From the NCBI GenBank assembly GCA_965207065.1, contig OZ242260.1, positions 3,936,001 through 4,000,000 on the forward strand: a stretch of DNA of 64,000 nucleotides. Reading direction: 5' to 3'. Origin of the DNA: a bacterium (lineage in GTDB: Bacteria; UBA8248). The notes below the pieces were generated by a model, which had not been told where the DNA came from, made no database searches, and worked only from the letters and a program-made list of their open reading frames with translations. A program made the position numbers and the translations under genes. Shown here one piece after another: positions 14,367-25,082 of this stretch (within the stretch, counting starts at the first letter, position 1; each line of letters begins with the position of its first letter).

Positions 14367-14891
14367 TTATCGTTTGAAAACGGCGTCCTGGCCGTCGGTT
14401 TCCTCCAGATGCACCCGCACCTCCTCGGGATGGACCGCCTCGATATTCTTCCCCACGAAATCGGCGCGGATCGGCAGCTCCCGCCCCCCCCTGTCCACCA
14501 GGATGGCGAGCCGCACCCTGCGGGGCCGGCCGAAGCCCACGAGCGCGGCCAGGGCGGCGCGCGCCGTGCGGCCCGTGTAGAGCACGTCGTCGACCAGAAC
14601 CACGTCCTTGCCCTCGCACGAGAAGGGGAGATCCGTTTTCTTGAGGCCGGTCCTCACCCCGCCGGCCTGATTCAGGTCGTCGCGGTAGAGCGTCACGTCG
14701 AGCGCGCCCACGAGCGGATGCACGCCCACCAGAGACTGAAGCTCCCGGGCCAGCCTTTCCGCGAGAGGCGCTCCCCTCGTGCGGACCCCGATGAACACAA
14801 GGTCCGACAGATCGGCCGTTCTCTCGATAATTTCATGCGAGAGGCGCCTCAGGGTGCGCCTTAGCTGCTCGGCGTCGAGTTGTTTCATCAT
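14367..14891 (-). CDS. pyrR: Pyrimidine operon attenuation protein / uracil phosphoribosyltransferase
   Basis: RTRG, LDVTLYRDD, VLVDDVLYTGRT and DRGGRELPIRADFVG. Confidence 0.97.
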   Translation of the reverse strand: MMKQLDAEQLRRTLRRLSHEIIERTADLSDLVFIGVRTRGAPLAERLARELQSLVGVHPLVGALDVTLYRDDLNQAGGVRTGLKKTDLPFSCEGKDVVLVDDVLYTGRTARAALAALVGFGRPRRVRLAILVDRGGRELPIRADFVGKNIEAVHPEEVRVHLEETDGQDAVFKR

Positions 14892-14937
14892 CAGGACGAA
14901 ATCCGGCCTTCGGGCGGTTTCAGGTCAAAAAAGGGCG

Positions 14938-14971
14938 CAAAAAAAACTCCATGCCCAAAGGGCATGGAGTT
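14938..14971 (-). terminator. pyr leader attenuator terminator
   Basis: AACTCCATGCCC-TTT-GGGCATGGAGTT hairpin followed by a U-run on the minus strand. Confidence 0.9.
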
Positions 14972-15011
14972 CGAAGAAAAGACGAGGTAATGACAAGCAT
15001 CCGCGCTTCCT

Positions 15012-15042
15012 CCTTCGCCGCCTCACGGGACGACATTAAAGG
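15012..15042 (-). promoter_or_regulatory. PyrR-binding RNA loop
   Basis: Minus RNA CCUUUAAUGUCGUCCCGUGAGGCGGCGAAGG fits the CUUUAA..GUCCNGNGAGGC..GAAGG PyrR-site pattern. Confidence 0.9.
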
Positions 15043-15140
15043 GGAATTTCTCTATCACCAGTTTGTTTCCACCCGGTAAAGATCCGACCGGGCCATTTCG
15101 TGAAAACTAGCAGTCTTTGCAGGAAAGGGCAAGAGGAAAT

Positions 15141-15455
15141 TCAGGAACGCTTCAAAAAGTCCAGCGGCGCGCCCGAAAGGCTTTCATTCTCATCGGGGAC
15201 GTGAGCGGACTCCCCCAGAATCTCGAAAAGGGCGGATGCGTCTTTTTTCGACAGATTGCGCTTCGCCTCCCCGATGATGCGGATACGCAGGGTCTTGTTT
15301 TCAAGCCTGAGGCTCAGCACGTCCCCGATTTTCACCTGGGAGGAGGCTTTGGCCGTTTTCCCCCCGATATCCACCGCACCCCCGTCCGCCATGCTCTTGG
15401 CGAGGGGACGGCGCTTGACCAGGCGGCTAAGGCGCAAAAACTGGTCGAGGCGCAT
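15141..15455 (-). CDS. S4-domain RNA-binding protein (Hsp15/RqcP-like)
   Basis: MRLDQFLRLSRLVKRR..AK..ADGGAV...KASSQVKIGD. Confidence 0.9.
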   Translation of the reverse strand: MRLDQFLRLSRLVKRRPLAKSMADGGAVDIGGKTAKASSQVKIGDVLSLRLENKTLRIRIIGEAKRNLSKKDASALFEILGESAHVPDENESLSGAPLDFLKRS

Positions 15456-15464
15456 TTCAGGTCA

Positions 15465-16970
15465 TCATTGGGTGATTTCTTTGGGATCCGCCACGATGCT
15501 GCGCGTCTTCTGGACTTCCACCTCGAACTCGATCTGTGCGGCCTTGTTCTCCGTTTCGAAGGACATTTTTTTCGCTTCGGGAGTTTTCCCCTTGTCCTCA
15601 CCCTTCGACTGGGCCGAGTACGCCTTGAGCATATCCGCAAATCTGATTTCGCCGATATACGAGTCGGGCAGCAGGTACACGTAGCGGAACAGATAGATGT
15701 TCGCCGAAGGGTCGGGGTTCACGAACAACCGGTGACCCGCCTCCAGGGCGTCGATGGCGTCTTTCCCCACACTCGCGCCCTCGCCCAACTTCACTTTGTC
15801 CGATTTCCAGCGGGGCTTGTCCCTGTTCGCGCCGTAGGCCCACAAAATTCTGCTCTGCCCGAACAGCCCGCCGCCTTGTTTGAGCTTGATGCCGACCAGC
15901 TTGAAGCTGATCTGCTCGCGAACATCACTGAACACGGAAGACAAGCCGGCGCGCGAAGCGACGGGGTCATAGCTGATTTCCAGAAAAGCGGCTCTTTTCA
16001 GCTCCGTTACCCATTCGCGGCGCCTTTTGGTGAATTTTTCCTGGAAGAGTTTGTTGCGGATTTTGCCGGACACCCTGTCGAGGGTAATCACTTTCCCCGG
16101 CGTCACGTCATCGACATGGATGACATGGAAGCCCAGCCTGGTTCTCGTCGGCTTGCTCGTCTCGCCCTTCGCCGTCGAGAAAATGAGTTCTTCGAGTTCG
16201 GGAAAGACCTCTCCTTTCTTCACGGAGCCCAACGAGCCGCCCCGGCTTTGGGCGGGGCCTTCGGAATGCTTCTCGGCCACTTTGGCGAAATCAGCGCCGG
16301 GCTTCGTGGCTTCCTCATAAGCGAGGCCCGCTTTCTTGCGCTTCGCTTCGACTTCCGAAGCGGATGCGCCCTTGTCTACGGGCAGGAAAATCTGTCGCAC
16401 CGTCCGCTTCTCGGCTTCGCGGTAGTCATCCAGATGCGCGTCGTAATAATCCGCAATTTCCTGCTCAATCACCGAGACGCGCCCGCCGACTTCCATGTTC
16501 TCCACTTTTCGCGACAGCAACCGCTTGCGAAGCTCGTCGCGATATTTTTCCATCGTCATTCCCTGCGACGATAAAAATTCGCGCAACCCGGCCGTCGTCG
16601 TCTTGTTCTCGCGCAGTATGCCCGCGATCGCATTTTCAATTTCTTTTTCGCTGACTTTCAACTCGAGGGCGGAGGCGCGCTTCACGATGAGTTTGCTCTG
16701 GATCATGGCGTCGAGCGCCTGGAGTTCGAGTTCGCGAATCCGCTGATTCAATTGTTCGCCCTTGTAACGACTCCTCATTTTCTCGACGTTCGGCTTCACG
16801 AAATCCTGGAGTTCGGAAAGCATGATGATGTCATCGTCAATCTTCGCGATGATCCTCTCGATCGTCACCGCGGAGGCGGCGGCCGGGACGGTGGTAGCCG
16901 GGGTGGACACGCCGGCGAGGGCGCAAATCACAATCGCCAGAATGAAACGGCACCTAGCCCGATACGACAT
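15465..16970 (-). CDS. surA: SurA-like periplasmic chaperone/PPIase with extra C-terminal domain
   Basis: Signal peptide, IERIIAKIDDDIIMLSEL, parvulin motifs GGSLG and GFHVI. Confidence 0.85.
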   Translation of the reverse strand: MSYRARCRFILAIVICALAGVSTPATTVPAAASAVTIERIIAKIDDDIIMLSELQDFVKPNVEKMRSRYKGEQLNQRIRELELQALDAMIQSKLIVKRASALELKVSEKEIENAIAGILRENKTTTAGLREFLSSQGMTMEKYRDELRKRLLSRKVENMEVGGRVSVIEQEIADYYDAHLDDYREAEKRTVRQIFLPVDKGASASEVEAKRKKAGLAYEEATKPGADFAKVAEKHSEGPAQSRGGSLGSVKKGEVFPELEELIFSTAKGETSKPTRTRLGFHVIHVDDVTPGKVITLDRVSGKIRNKLFQEKFTKRRREWVTELKRAAFLEISYDPVASRAGLSSVFSDVREQISFKLVGIKLKQGGGLFGQSRILWAYGANRDKPRWKSDKVKLGEGASVGKDAIDALEAGHRLFVNPDPSANIYLFRYVYLLPDSYIGEIRFADMLKAYSAQSKGEDKGKTPEAKKMSFETENKAAQIEFEVEVQKTRSIVADPKEITQ

Positions 16971-17928
16971 TTTCAAGATTTTCCAAATAGTATGTGATCT
17001 TCGCATTTCGCTTGAGTTCTCCGAGCCAGCGCTCGAGTCTCGCTCTCCCCTTGTCGGCCAACAGGCGCTTTTTGATGTCATCCCTCACGGAGGCCAGAGT
17101 TTTCTGGAAAGGCAGCCTCCTCTCCGGGACCTCCAGGAGGTGGAAGCCCGCCGGACTCTTGACGACCCGGCTCACCTCTCCCAACTTCAGGGATTCCACC
17201 ACATTCTCGATGTTTTCGGGCAATTCACCCTGCTGAAAGTAACCCAAATCGCCGCCTTCGCCGCTCTCGGGACCGATGGAATGTTCCTGCGCAAGCGCCG
17301 CGAACGATTTCCCCTCGAGAACGAACTTCCTCAACTGCTCGGCCATTTTAGCCGAAGAGACAACGATTTGGCGAACCCGCCAGCGTCTGCCAACCCGGAA
17401 ATTCTCCTTATTGCGGTGATAATAATCTTCAATCTCAGAATCCGAAACCTTCAGCTTCGCATACACCTCCTTTTCCAGCAGGTGTTCAATCTCGAGCGTC
17501 TCGCGCATCGTTTTTCGCCACAACTCCTCGTCGATCCCCTGATCTTCCATGATGACCTTCAAATCCTGATCGCCGTACTGGCGGCGGATGAATTCAATGA
17601 AACGCCTCACCCTGCTCTCGCTTACATATCCGCCCGTCTCCCGGAAACGCTGAAGCAAGAGGCGTCTTTCCACGAGTTGATCCAGCAGGACCCTGGGTAT
17701 GGATTTTTCGGCCTTGCGGGGCGACTCCTGATTCCCGCTCGCCATGAAATGCGCGCGCACGTCCTCACGGGTAATCGGTTCGCCGTTGACCTGCGCCAGC
17801 AAGCGGTTCTTTTCCCCGCTTTTCGTCTGAAGCGAAGAATCACAACCCGCCGCGACGAGCAGCACCAGCCAACAAACCCACGCCCACCGGGTCAGTCCGC
17901 TCCGAATCAGACGCCGCGCACTCCTCAT
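16954..17928 (-). CDS. PpiC-type peptidyl-prolyl isomerase lipoprotein
   Basis: VAAGC lipobox; LAQVNGEPIT; GGDLGYF; GFHLL. Confidence 0.88.
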   Translation of the reverse strand: MRSARRLIRSGLTRWAWVCWLVLLVAAGCDSSLQTKSGEKNRLLAQVNGEPITREDVRAHFMASGNQESPRKAEKSIPRVLLDQLVERRLLLQRFRETGGYVSESRVRRFIEFIRRQYGDQDLKVIMEDQGIDEELWRKTMRETLEIEHLLEKEVYAKLKVSDSEIEDYYHRNKENFRVGRRWRVRQIVVSSAKMAEQLRKFVLEGKSFAALAQEHSIGPESGEGGDLGYFQQGELPENIENVVESLKLGEVSRVVKSPAGFHLLEVPERRLPFQKTLASVRDDIKKRLLADKGRARLERWLGELKRNAKITYYLENLENVVSG

Positions 17929-17947
17929 ATTCCCCACGATGAGAACC

Positions 17948-20900
17948 TCATGCTTCTCTCGACGCCAACTCGCCTTCCGTGACCTTGCACACTTCCAAAG
18001 CATCCAGCAGTTGCACGAGAAAGTCAAAATCCTCCGGCCAACGCCCGCTGACGCCTGCGCGAAATTCATGGGCGTCTGTGAACACCATGCCCGGCATGTC
18101 GAGAAAGGCGGCCGTCAGCTCATAGTCGCCCGGGAAAACTTCCAGCCGCGCCTCCTTGCCGCGCACGTGGAGAGACTTGATTCCGCAAAGGCGGGCGCGC
18201 AGGCGGATTTCTCCGAGTTGCAGAAGGTGGAGAGCCCGCGCCGGAATCGTTCCGTATTTATCCTGCAGTTCCACGCCCAGTTCGCGCAATTCGGCCGGCT
18301 CCTGCGCCGATGCGATTCGGCGATATACGTCCAGGCGCTCGGCCTGGGCCGGAATCCACGAAGGGGGCAGCGTACCCGCCACCGGCGCGAGGATCTCGGG
18401 TTCGCTGCGATCGACCGTCTCGCCCTTGACCTCCTGCACGACTTCTTCCAGCAGGCGGCAGTACATGTCGAACCCAACGGACGAGATCTGTCCCGATTGG
18501 CGATGCCCGAGCAAATGCCCTGCGCCGCGGATTTCCAGATCGCGCATGGCCAGCTTGAAGCCGGCCCCCAGCTCGCTCAACTCCTCGAGCGCCTGGAGCC
18601 GCTCTCTGGCCTGCTTCGTCATGGAGCCTGCGCCCGAGACCAGAAGGTAGGCGTGCGCCTGGAACCTGTCGCGCCCTACCCGGCCGCGCAACTGGTATAG
18701 CTGCGCCATGCCGAACATGTCCGCGCGGTTGATGACAATCGTGTTGACCGAGGGAATGTCGAGACCGCTTTCGATGATCGTGGTGCACAGCAGCACGTCG
18801 GCCCTCCGGGTCACGAACTGCTCCATCACGTCTTCGAGTTCTCTCTCTTTCATCTGACCGTGACCCACAAGGATGCGCGCGTCGGGCGCGAGTTTCTGCA
18901 AAAGCCGCTTCATGGCGGGGAGGCTCTGCACCCGGTTGTGCACGAAAAACACCTGGCCGCCCCGGTCGATTTCCTTGGTGATGGCGTCTTTGATGAGTTT
19001 TTCGCTGAAGCGCGAGATATACGTGCGCGGCGCGACCCGGTGGCGCGGAGGCGTTTCGATGACGCTCAAATCGCGCGTGCCCGAGAGCGCCATCTCCAGG
19101 GTACGGGGAATGGGCGTGGCGGTGAGCGTCAGTACGTCCACGTCAATACGGATTTTCTTGAGCTTCTCCTTGTGGGATACGCCGAAACGATGCTCTTCGT
19201 CGATGACCAATAGCCCCAAATCACGGAACAACACGTCTTTTTGAAGCAGTCGATGGGTGCCGATGACGATGTCCACGCTTCCGTCTGAGAGTCCTTCCAC
19301 CACCTTGCCCTGCTCTTTTCTGCTCTTGAAGCGCGAGAGCATCTCTACGTGAGCCGCCAGCGATTCGAAGCGATTGCGGAAGGTATCCCAGTGCTGGTGC
19401 GCGAGCAGCGTCGTCGGCACGATGACGGCCACCTGCTTGCCCGCCGAAATGGCCCGGGCGGCGGCCCTGAGCGCCACTTCCGTCTTTCCGTAGCCGACGT
19501 CCCCGCAGATGAGGCGATCCATCGGCCGGGTGCGCTCCATATCCTCCAGCACGGTGCGAATCGCCTGTTCCTGATCGGGCGTCTCTTCGAAACCGAAGCC
19601 GGCCGATATTTCATGATCGAATGCGCCTTCCGCCGAAAAGGCATGCCCCTGGGCAGCGCTCCGCTCCGAATACAGGCGCACCAGATCTCGGGCAATCCCC
19701 TGGAGCGATTTCTTGACGTTGTTCTTCGTCTTGCTCCACCGGTTCCCCCCCAACCTGTCGAGCGGCGGCGCGACTCCCCCTCCACGATATTTGTGGATGC
19801 GCTCGACGTCGTCCATCGGAACGTAGAGCTTGTCGCCTCCCGAATACAGGAGGGTGAGAAATTCGCTCTCCCCGTCGCGGTGTTCGATAACGCGCGTGCC
19901 CATGTAACGGCCGACGCCGTGCTCCACATGCACCACGAGGTCGTTTTCGCTCAAATCCTTGAAGCCCTCTCCGGGCTTCGACTGGGGGAGACGTCGCGAA
20001 TCCCGACCCAAAGCGCCGACGAGCAGGTCCTGCGCGCGGAAGAACACCCTGCGCTCATCGGGCAGCCGGAAACAGGCGCTGAGTTTCCCTTCCACCAGAA
20101 CGACGTCGTAACGCCCATCCATGAGCGAGGCGCCCTTGGGCAATATTTCCACACCCACCTCATGCTCGCGCAAAAGCGCCTGTATCCTGAGCGCGAGGGT
20201 CTTCTCCTCCGCCACGATGACGACGCTCTCATCTTCCCGGCGCCATGCGCGCAATTGGCCCATGAACGCCTCCACCCGCCCCCGGAAAGGGTTGATGCTT
20301 TCCGCGCGCAAGTCCTCGAAGCCCTCTTCGGAATCCTCGGCGCCGAGCCCCAGCGAATGGAACGCCAGGCGCGGCCAGATAGAGAGTTCCTCGCAAACCT
20401 CCTTGGGCGCGAGCCACAAACGCTCGGGCGCGAAGGATACGAGGCCCCTCTCGGGCGCGAGACGAGCCTCCTCGTTCACATCGTCCCACAGCTTCTCAAG
20501 CGCCTCGTCGAAGTTTTCCGCTTCGTTCACAATCCAGAGCGCGCTCCCGGGCGCCACGTCGAACAAAGTTGGCATATCGGACAGGAACATGGGCGCGAGA
20601 CACTCCATGCCCGAAAAATGCCCGTCCGCGTCGAGGTACTCGAGAAGTCGCTCGACTCTTTCGCTCGTATCCGGCGTGGCGGCTTCCATCAGCGCGCGGC
20701 GGCCCCTCTCCACTTCCTCGGGCGAGAAAACGAACTCTTTCGATGGAAAAACGTCTACGCTTTGCAGTGTGTCCTGATTGCGCTGCGTCTGGGGATGGAA
20801 GTTTCGCAAGGAATCTATCTCATCTCCGCGAAGCTCCAGGCGCGTCGGATATGCGTGCTGGGGGGAGAAGAAGTCCAGAATGCCGCCCCTTACGGCGTAT

Positions 20901-21400
20901 TCGCCCGGGGATTCGACCACAGACCTCCTGTGGTACATCAGTGATTCGAGCGAACCGATGAACAGATCGCGCTCAATCTCCATCCCTTCGCGCAAGTGAA
21001 TCATGGCGGCGTTCAAACGCTCGGGCGGAGACATCCGCGTCGCCATGGCCGATGCGCTCACCAGAACGACGCCCCCCTCCCCGCTGCGCAAAAGGCGCAG
21101 CGCGGACATCCGCTCACCGACGATTTCACTGGATGGAGAAAGCCGGGAGAAGGGGTACACGTCCCACGCCGGAAAAGACAGCACCGGAAAATTCCGCGCT
21201 CCTGAAGCGCCCATGAACAGCTTGACGTTTGTTTTGAGCACTTCGAGTCGACGCTGGTCGGCTTCGACGAAAATAACGGGTCCGCCGTGTTCGCGCGCTA
21301 TTCTGGCCAGCCACCAGGCGGTCGAAGCATCGTTCGCGCCGCGCAAGTGAACCCGCTTGACCCCATCGAGGTCCCGAAGCGATGAAAAGAATTCATTCAT
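17948..21400 (-). CDS. mfd: Transcription-repair coupling factor
   Basis: VVHVEHGVGRY, GDVGYGKTE, IDEEHRFG, QLRGRVGR and a C-terminal TRCF domain. Confidence 0.98.
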   Translation of the reverse strand: MNEFFSSLRDLDGVKRVHLRGANDASTAWWLARIAREHGGPVIFVEADQRRLEVLKTNVKLFMGASGARNFPVLSFPAWDVYPFSRLSPSSEIVGERMSALRLLRSGEGGVVLVSASAMATRMSPPERLNAAMIHLREGMEIERDLFIGSLESLMYHRRSVVESPGEYAVRGGILDFFSPQHAYPTRLELRGDEIDSLRNFHPQTQRNQDTLQSVDVFPSKEFVFSPEEVERGRRALMEAATPDTSERVERLLEYLDADGHFSGMECLAPMFLSDMPTLFDVAPGSALWIVNEAENFDEALEKLWDDVNEEARLAPERGLVSFAPERLWLAPKEVCEELSIWPRLAFHSLGLGAEDSEEGFEDLRAESINPFRGRVEAFMGQLRAWRREDESVVIVAEEKTLALRIQALLREHEVGVEILPKGASLMDGRYDVVLVEGKLSACFRLPDERRVFFRAQDLLVGALGRDSRRLPQSKPGEGFKDLSENDLVVHVEHGVGRYMGTRVIEHRDGESEFLTLLYSGGDKLYVPMDDVERIHKYRGGGVAPPLDRLGGNRWSKTKNNVKKSLQGIARDLVRLYSERSAAQGHAFSAEGAFDHEISAGFGFEETPDQEQAIRTVLEDMERTRPMDRLICGDVGYGKTEVALRAAARAISAGKQVAVIVPTTLLAHQHWDTFRNRFESLAAHVEMLSRFKSRKEQGKVVEGLSDGSVDIVIGTHRLLQKDVLFRDLGLLVIDEEHRFGVSHKEKLKKIRIDVDVLTLTATPIPRTLEMALSGTRDLSVIETPPRHRVAPRTYISRFSEKLIKDAITKEIDRGGQVFFVHNRVQSLPAMKRLLQKLAPDARILVGHGQMKERELEDVMEQFVTRRADVLLCTTIIESGLDIPSVNTIVINRADMFGMAQLYQLRGRVGRDRFQAHAYLLVSGAGSMTKQARERLQALEELSELGAGFKLAMRDLEIRGAGHLLGHRQSGQISSVGFDMYCRLLEEVVQEVKGETVDRSEPEILAPVAGTLPPSWIPAQAERLDVYRRIASAQEPAELRELGVELQDKYGTIPARALHLLQLGEIRLRARLCGIKSLHVRGKEARLEVFPGDYELTAAFLDMPGMVFTDAHEFRAGVSGRWPEDFDFLVQLLDALEVCKVTEGELASREA

Positions 21401-21489
21401 GACGTGAATTTTCTGGTTTCAACTCGAAGCGCATCAGGCGACAAAGTGTGTCGGAGCATACCGCACAGCATGAATAATTTCTGAAATCC

Positions 21490-22746
21490 TTAGTTCAAAG
21501 ACTTCTTGGGGATGACGAAATCCCGGAGCACGTTGGAGGAATTCTTGGGCAACGCGACCTCCGAGCCGTTCAGGGATATCTGCGTTCCCGCCACGTTTCC
21601 TACCGTCAGGACGAACTGATCCGACGCCTTCCAGTTTTTCTCATTGCCGGCCAGCAGGAGAAGTTCTTCCGTGATATTAGAATCGACCACGATCCGAAGC
21701 CACGTGTCTTCGGTCGCAAAAATCTTCAAATCCAGCGGCAACTCTTCGGAGTCGGCCGGGGTCTGCGGCTTTTGTGGCGGGGATTGTTGATTATTCGGCG
21801 CCGTGTTGAGGGCGGTCTGGGTGCTTGCCGGAGCCGATGGATTTTGCAGAGGCGAAGGATTCTCCTCAGGCTGGGCGCTCACTTGAGCCGGCGGGTTTTC
21901 TTGCGTCAGACCCGGTGGACTCTCTTGGGCCTGAACCGGTGGGCTTTCCTGGGCCTGAGCCGGTGGGCTTTCCTGGGCGGGGACAGGCTGCTCGGCCACA
22001 GAATTCTGCCGGGCAGGGACACTTGCTTGAAGCGGAGGCTTCTCCTCTGCCGGAGAGGGTTTTTCTGCCTTTTGAGGGGCCACGGGCTCCTTTAGATTCT
22101 CGTCCGGGACGACAGGACGCTCCTGCTCAGGAACCTTCTTCTCGACTACGTCGGTTCCTCTCTCCGCTTCATCCACATTTTTCGCTTTTTCATTAACGTT
22201 ATTCAGCTGCGGGAGCTTCTCCACAACGGGGTCAACCACGGTTTTGATCCTGTCGACTATCGACCCGATTGGGACGAACTGATCCGTTCGCCCTTTCATG
22301 AACCACAGAATTCCACCGCCGGCGAGAAGAAAAATCAACACAAATGCAAAAGTCGCAACGGAGGAGAATCGATTCACCCGGGAAACGGGGCTGTACAAGG
22401 TGCGGCTCTCGGGCTCCAAGCCAAACGGCTCTAACGGAACCTCGCCTGACGTTTCGCGTTTATAGTTCGCGGCGACGACATTGCTGTCCACGTCGACCGC
22501 ATCCGCAAAAGCGCGAATGAATCCCAGGCCGACAGGACCGGCCGGCAATCTATCGAAATCACCGCGTTCGATACTTTCCAGGTAGTATGTTCGGATTCGT
22601 GTGTGGTCGGAGATCGAGCGCAGGGATACGTCTTTTTCCTCGCGCATACGACGCAGGAAAGGTCCCACACCCTCTTTCTCTATTCGCGCCATCAGAGTCG
22701 GGTCGAAATTTTCCATCCTGCGCCTCATTTCGCCAATATTCAACAA
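21490..22746 (-). CDS. rodZ: RodZ-like HTH/TM/DUF4115 protein (start may be 22716)
   Basis: N-terminal HTH, one TM helix, Pro/Gln linker with QESPP repeats, C-terminal TWLRI..D...GNVAG. Confidence 0.85.
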   Translation of the reverse strand: MLNIGEMRRRMENFDPTLMARIEKEGVGPFLRRMREEKDVSLRSISDHTRIRTYYLESIERGDFDRLPAGPVGLGFIRAFADAVDVDSNVVAANYKRETSGEVPLEPFGLEPESRTLYSPVSRVNRFSSVATFAFVLIFLLAGGGILWFMKGRTDQFVPIGSIVDRIKTVVDPVVEKLPQLNNVNEKAKNVDEAERGTDVVEKKVPEQERPVVPDENLKEPVAPQKAEKPSPAEEKPPLQASVPARQNSVAEQPVPAQESPPAQAQESPPVQAQESPPGLTQENPPAQVSAQPEENPSPLQNPSAPASTQTALNTAPNNQQSPPQKPQTPADSEELPLDLKIFATEDTWLRIVVDSNITEELLLLAGNEKNWKASDQFVLTVGNVAGTQISLNGSEVALPKNSSNVLRDFVIPKKSLN

Positions 22747-22845
22747 AAACGACCCGAAATATGTCGATCCAGTCTATTTCATTACCAGGTCGAAAGTCAA
22801 TGTTGGAGCAATCAGAACCGTCTTAATCCGTCCAAATGAAGTACG

Positions 22846-23748
22846 TCAACAACGCATCAGGTAATCTTTAAGTAATCTTGATGAGGTGATGGACAGAATC
22901 AGGGGTGTTACGTGGCAAATGTTCGGGCGTGAAACGTCCGCGAGCAAAGTGTCCGCGCCTTTGCCGTAGAGCAGGATAGGAACGGGGTTCGTTGTGTGCG
23001 CAGACGTTTCCATGTCCTCCACGTTGCCGTGGTCACTGCTCAGAATGAACGTATCCACATCGGGGTCGATATGCCGGAGCGCGGCCTGCAGGAACCGGTT
23101 CAAATCCGCCAGGACCTCAAGGGCATCCTCGGTGGTTCCGCGGTGTCCGGTGTGATCGGTCTGAAAAAACTCATAGATAAGCAGATCCTTTGTACGCGCC
23201 AGCTTTCCGAGGCGCCCGCCCGCCTCCTCGGCGTCGAGCCTCGCCACGTCATGGCCCTGCTCGAGGATGAGCCCGTTCGTGTAGTCGCGATAAACGGCCC
23301 TGCCCGCGATGAGGTCTTCCAGGCGGTTCAGACGAAGGCCCGCGCTCTCGGCCATCACCGTGGTCACCGAGCGGATGCGGTTTCTGCCGCGCTTGAAAAA
23401 AGGAGGCGTATACGTGTTGGCGAATCCGACGGCTGCGCCCTTCTCACGAGCGCGCCTCAAGAGTCCGTTGCGAGAGATGATGCGGCGCAACTGCGTATTC
23501 GGCAGAGCCTGGACATGCCTGCCCACCGCTTTGGGCGCGTTCACGCCCGTGAACAAAGCGGTTCCGCCCGTCGCGCTCTGGGGGACGCCCTCGACACCGA
23601 GGCAGGCGTCCGCCTCGATGAGGCGGAAACCGGGCGCCTCGTTCCCGCACAAAAGCCCCAGCGGAGGCTCCTTCACGCGGGAGAGCGGGTTGCCCGGCCC
23701 CTGCGGGGCGATTCCCAGGCCGTCCACGAACACGAAAAGGACGGACAT
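22846..23748 (-). CDS. Metalloenzyme (phosphoglycerate mutase / alkaline phosphatase superfamily)
   Basis: VDGLG, PQSATG, DHTGH and SDHGN. Confidence 0.8.
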   Translation of the reverse strand: MSVLFVFVDGLGIAPQGPGNPLSRVKEPPLGLLCGNEAPGFRLIEADACLGVEGVPQSATGGTALFTGVNAPKAVGRHVQALPNTQLRRIISRNGLLRRAREKGAAVGFANTYTPPFFKRGRNRIRSVTTVMAESAGLRLNRLEDLIAGRAVYRDYTNGLILEQGHDVARLDAEEAGGRLGKLARTKDLLIYEFFQTDHTGHRGTTEDALEVLADLNRFLQAALRHIDPDVDTFILSSDHGNVEDMETSAHTTNPVPILLYGKGADTLLADVSRPNICHVTPLILSITSSRLLKDYLMRC

Positions 23749-23749
23749 G

Positions 23750-24769
23750 CTATAGCGTTCTTCCGACGGCCTCTGCGAAAACCTTGAGTTCCTCGACCAG
23801 GGTGACGAATTTACCGGGTTTGAGCGACTGTGGTCCGTCGCTCATCGCCCTTTCGGGTTCGGGGTGCATCTCGAGCATCAGGCCGTCCGCCCCGACGGCC
23901 ACCGCCGCTTTCGCCAGGGGCGCGACGTATCGCCAGGCGCCCGCCGCATGGCTCGGGTCCACCACGACCGGCAAGTGCGTCTGGTCCTTGAGCACGGGCA
24001 CGGCGGTGATGTCCAGCGTGTTGCGCGTGGCCGTCTCGAAGGTGCGTATCCCCCGCTCGCACAGCACGACGTTCGGGTTCCCCTGGCTCATGATGTATTC
24101 GGCCGACATCAGTAACTCATCAATCGTCGTGGACATGCCGCGCTTCAGGAATATCGTCTTGTTCGTCATGCCGACTTTCTTGAGCAGCGAGAAATTCTGA
24201 ACGTTGCGCGCGCCGATCTGCAGCACGTCCGCATACTCGCAGCACACATCGATGTCTTCAGAATCCATCACTTCCGTCTGAATGGGAAGCCCCGTCCTGT
24301 CGCGCGCCTCGGCGAGGAGTTTCAGGCCTTCCTCCGCCATGCCCTGGAAGCTGTACGGCGAAGTGCGCGGCTTATAAGCGCCGCCCCTCAGGACGTGGCC
24401 GCCGCCTGCTTTGACCACATCGGCGGATTCCATGATCTGCTCCCTGCTCTCGACCGAGCACGGCCCGCCGACGATGATGATTTGCTCACCGCCGATCTCC
24501 ACTCCCTCGCCCATCGGCAGCTTGCTGCGCTCGGGCCTTCCTTCCGAACTCGCCAGTTTGAAGGGCTTGAGTATGGGCATCGCTTTTTCCACTCCATTCA
24601 ACGAAACGAGTGATTCCAACATGTATTTCCCCCGTTCATCCCCGATGGCTCCGATTACCGTACGCTCCACACCTCTGATGACGTGCTCCTGGTAACCGAG
24701 TTCGTTGATCCTGTTGATGGCGTTTTGAATTTCTTCATCCGTCGCGCCCAGTTTCATCACGATAATCAA
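23750..24769 (-). CDS. aroF: DAHP synthase (type I-beta, N-terminal regulatory domain)
   Basis: [24 protein letters not shown] and VDPSH; TTG start after AAGGAG. Confidence 0.95.
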   Translation of the reverse strand: MIIVMKLGATDEEIQNAINRINELGYQEHVIRGVERTVIGAIGDERGKYMLESLVSLNGVEKAMPILKPFKLASSEGRPERSKLPMGEGVEIGGEQIIIVGGPCSVESREQIMESADVVKAGGGHVLRGGAYKPRTSPYSFQGMAEEGLKLLAEARDRTGLPIQTEVMDSEDIDVCCEYADVLQIGARNVQNFSLLKKVGMTNKTIFLKRGMSTTIDELLMSAEYIMSQGNPNVVLCERGIRTFETATRNTLDITAVPVLKDQTHLPVVVDPSHAAGAWRYVAPLAKAAVAVGADGLMLEMHPEPERAMSDGPQSLKPGKFVTLVEELKVFAEAVGRTL

Positions 24770-25082
24770 AACAAATCTCCTTTTCCCGCTCGGAATTTTC
24801 AGCGTAATTATCAAAAAAATCGCCGTGAGGCTGTCCCACGGCGAATGTTTCTCTATTGTCCGTGGCGACCGGGCTGTCCACCCGCCCGCCGTTCGTTCTT
24901 ACATATCGGCGCGCGGACGGACGGTGATAAAGCCGAAAAAAGTATATCCGCCATAAGATCTCTTCATCGTCCGCATGGTGACCGCCCTTGAAATTTCAAA
25001 CATTTTAATTCTCTGAAAAACAAGGCCGTAAAATAGTCCTGCTAAAGCAGGTAGTCAACCCCCTGCTTCGGAAATTTACAGA

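Noticed and set aside
21880-21975. 24-bp tandem repeats in rodZ
   Set aside because: Ordinary low-complexity linker (QESPPAQA).
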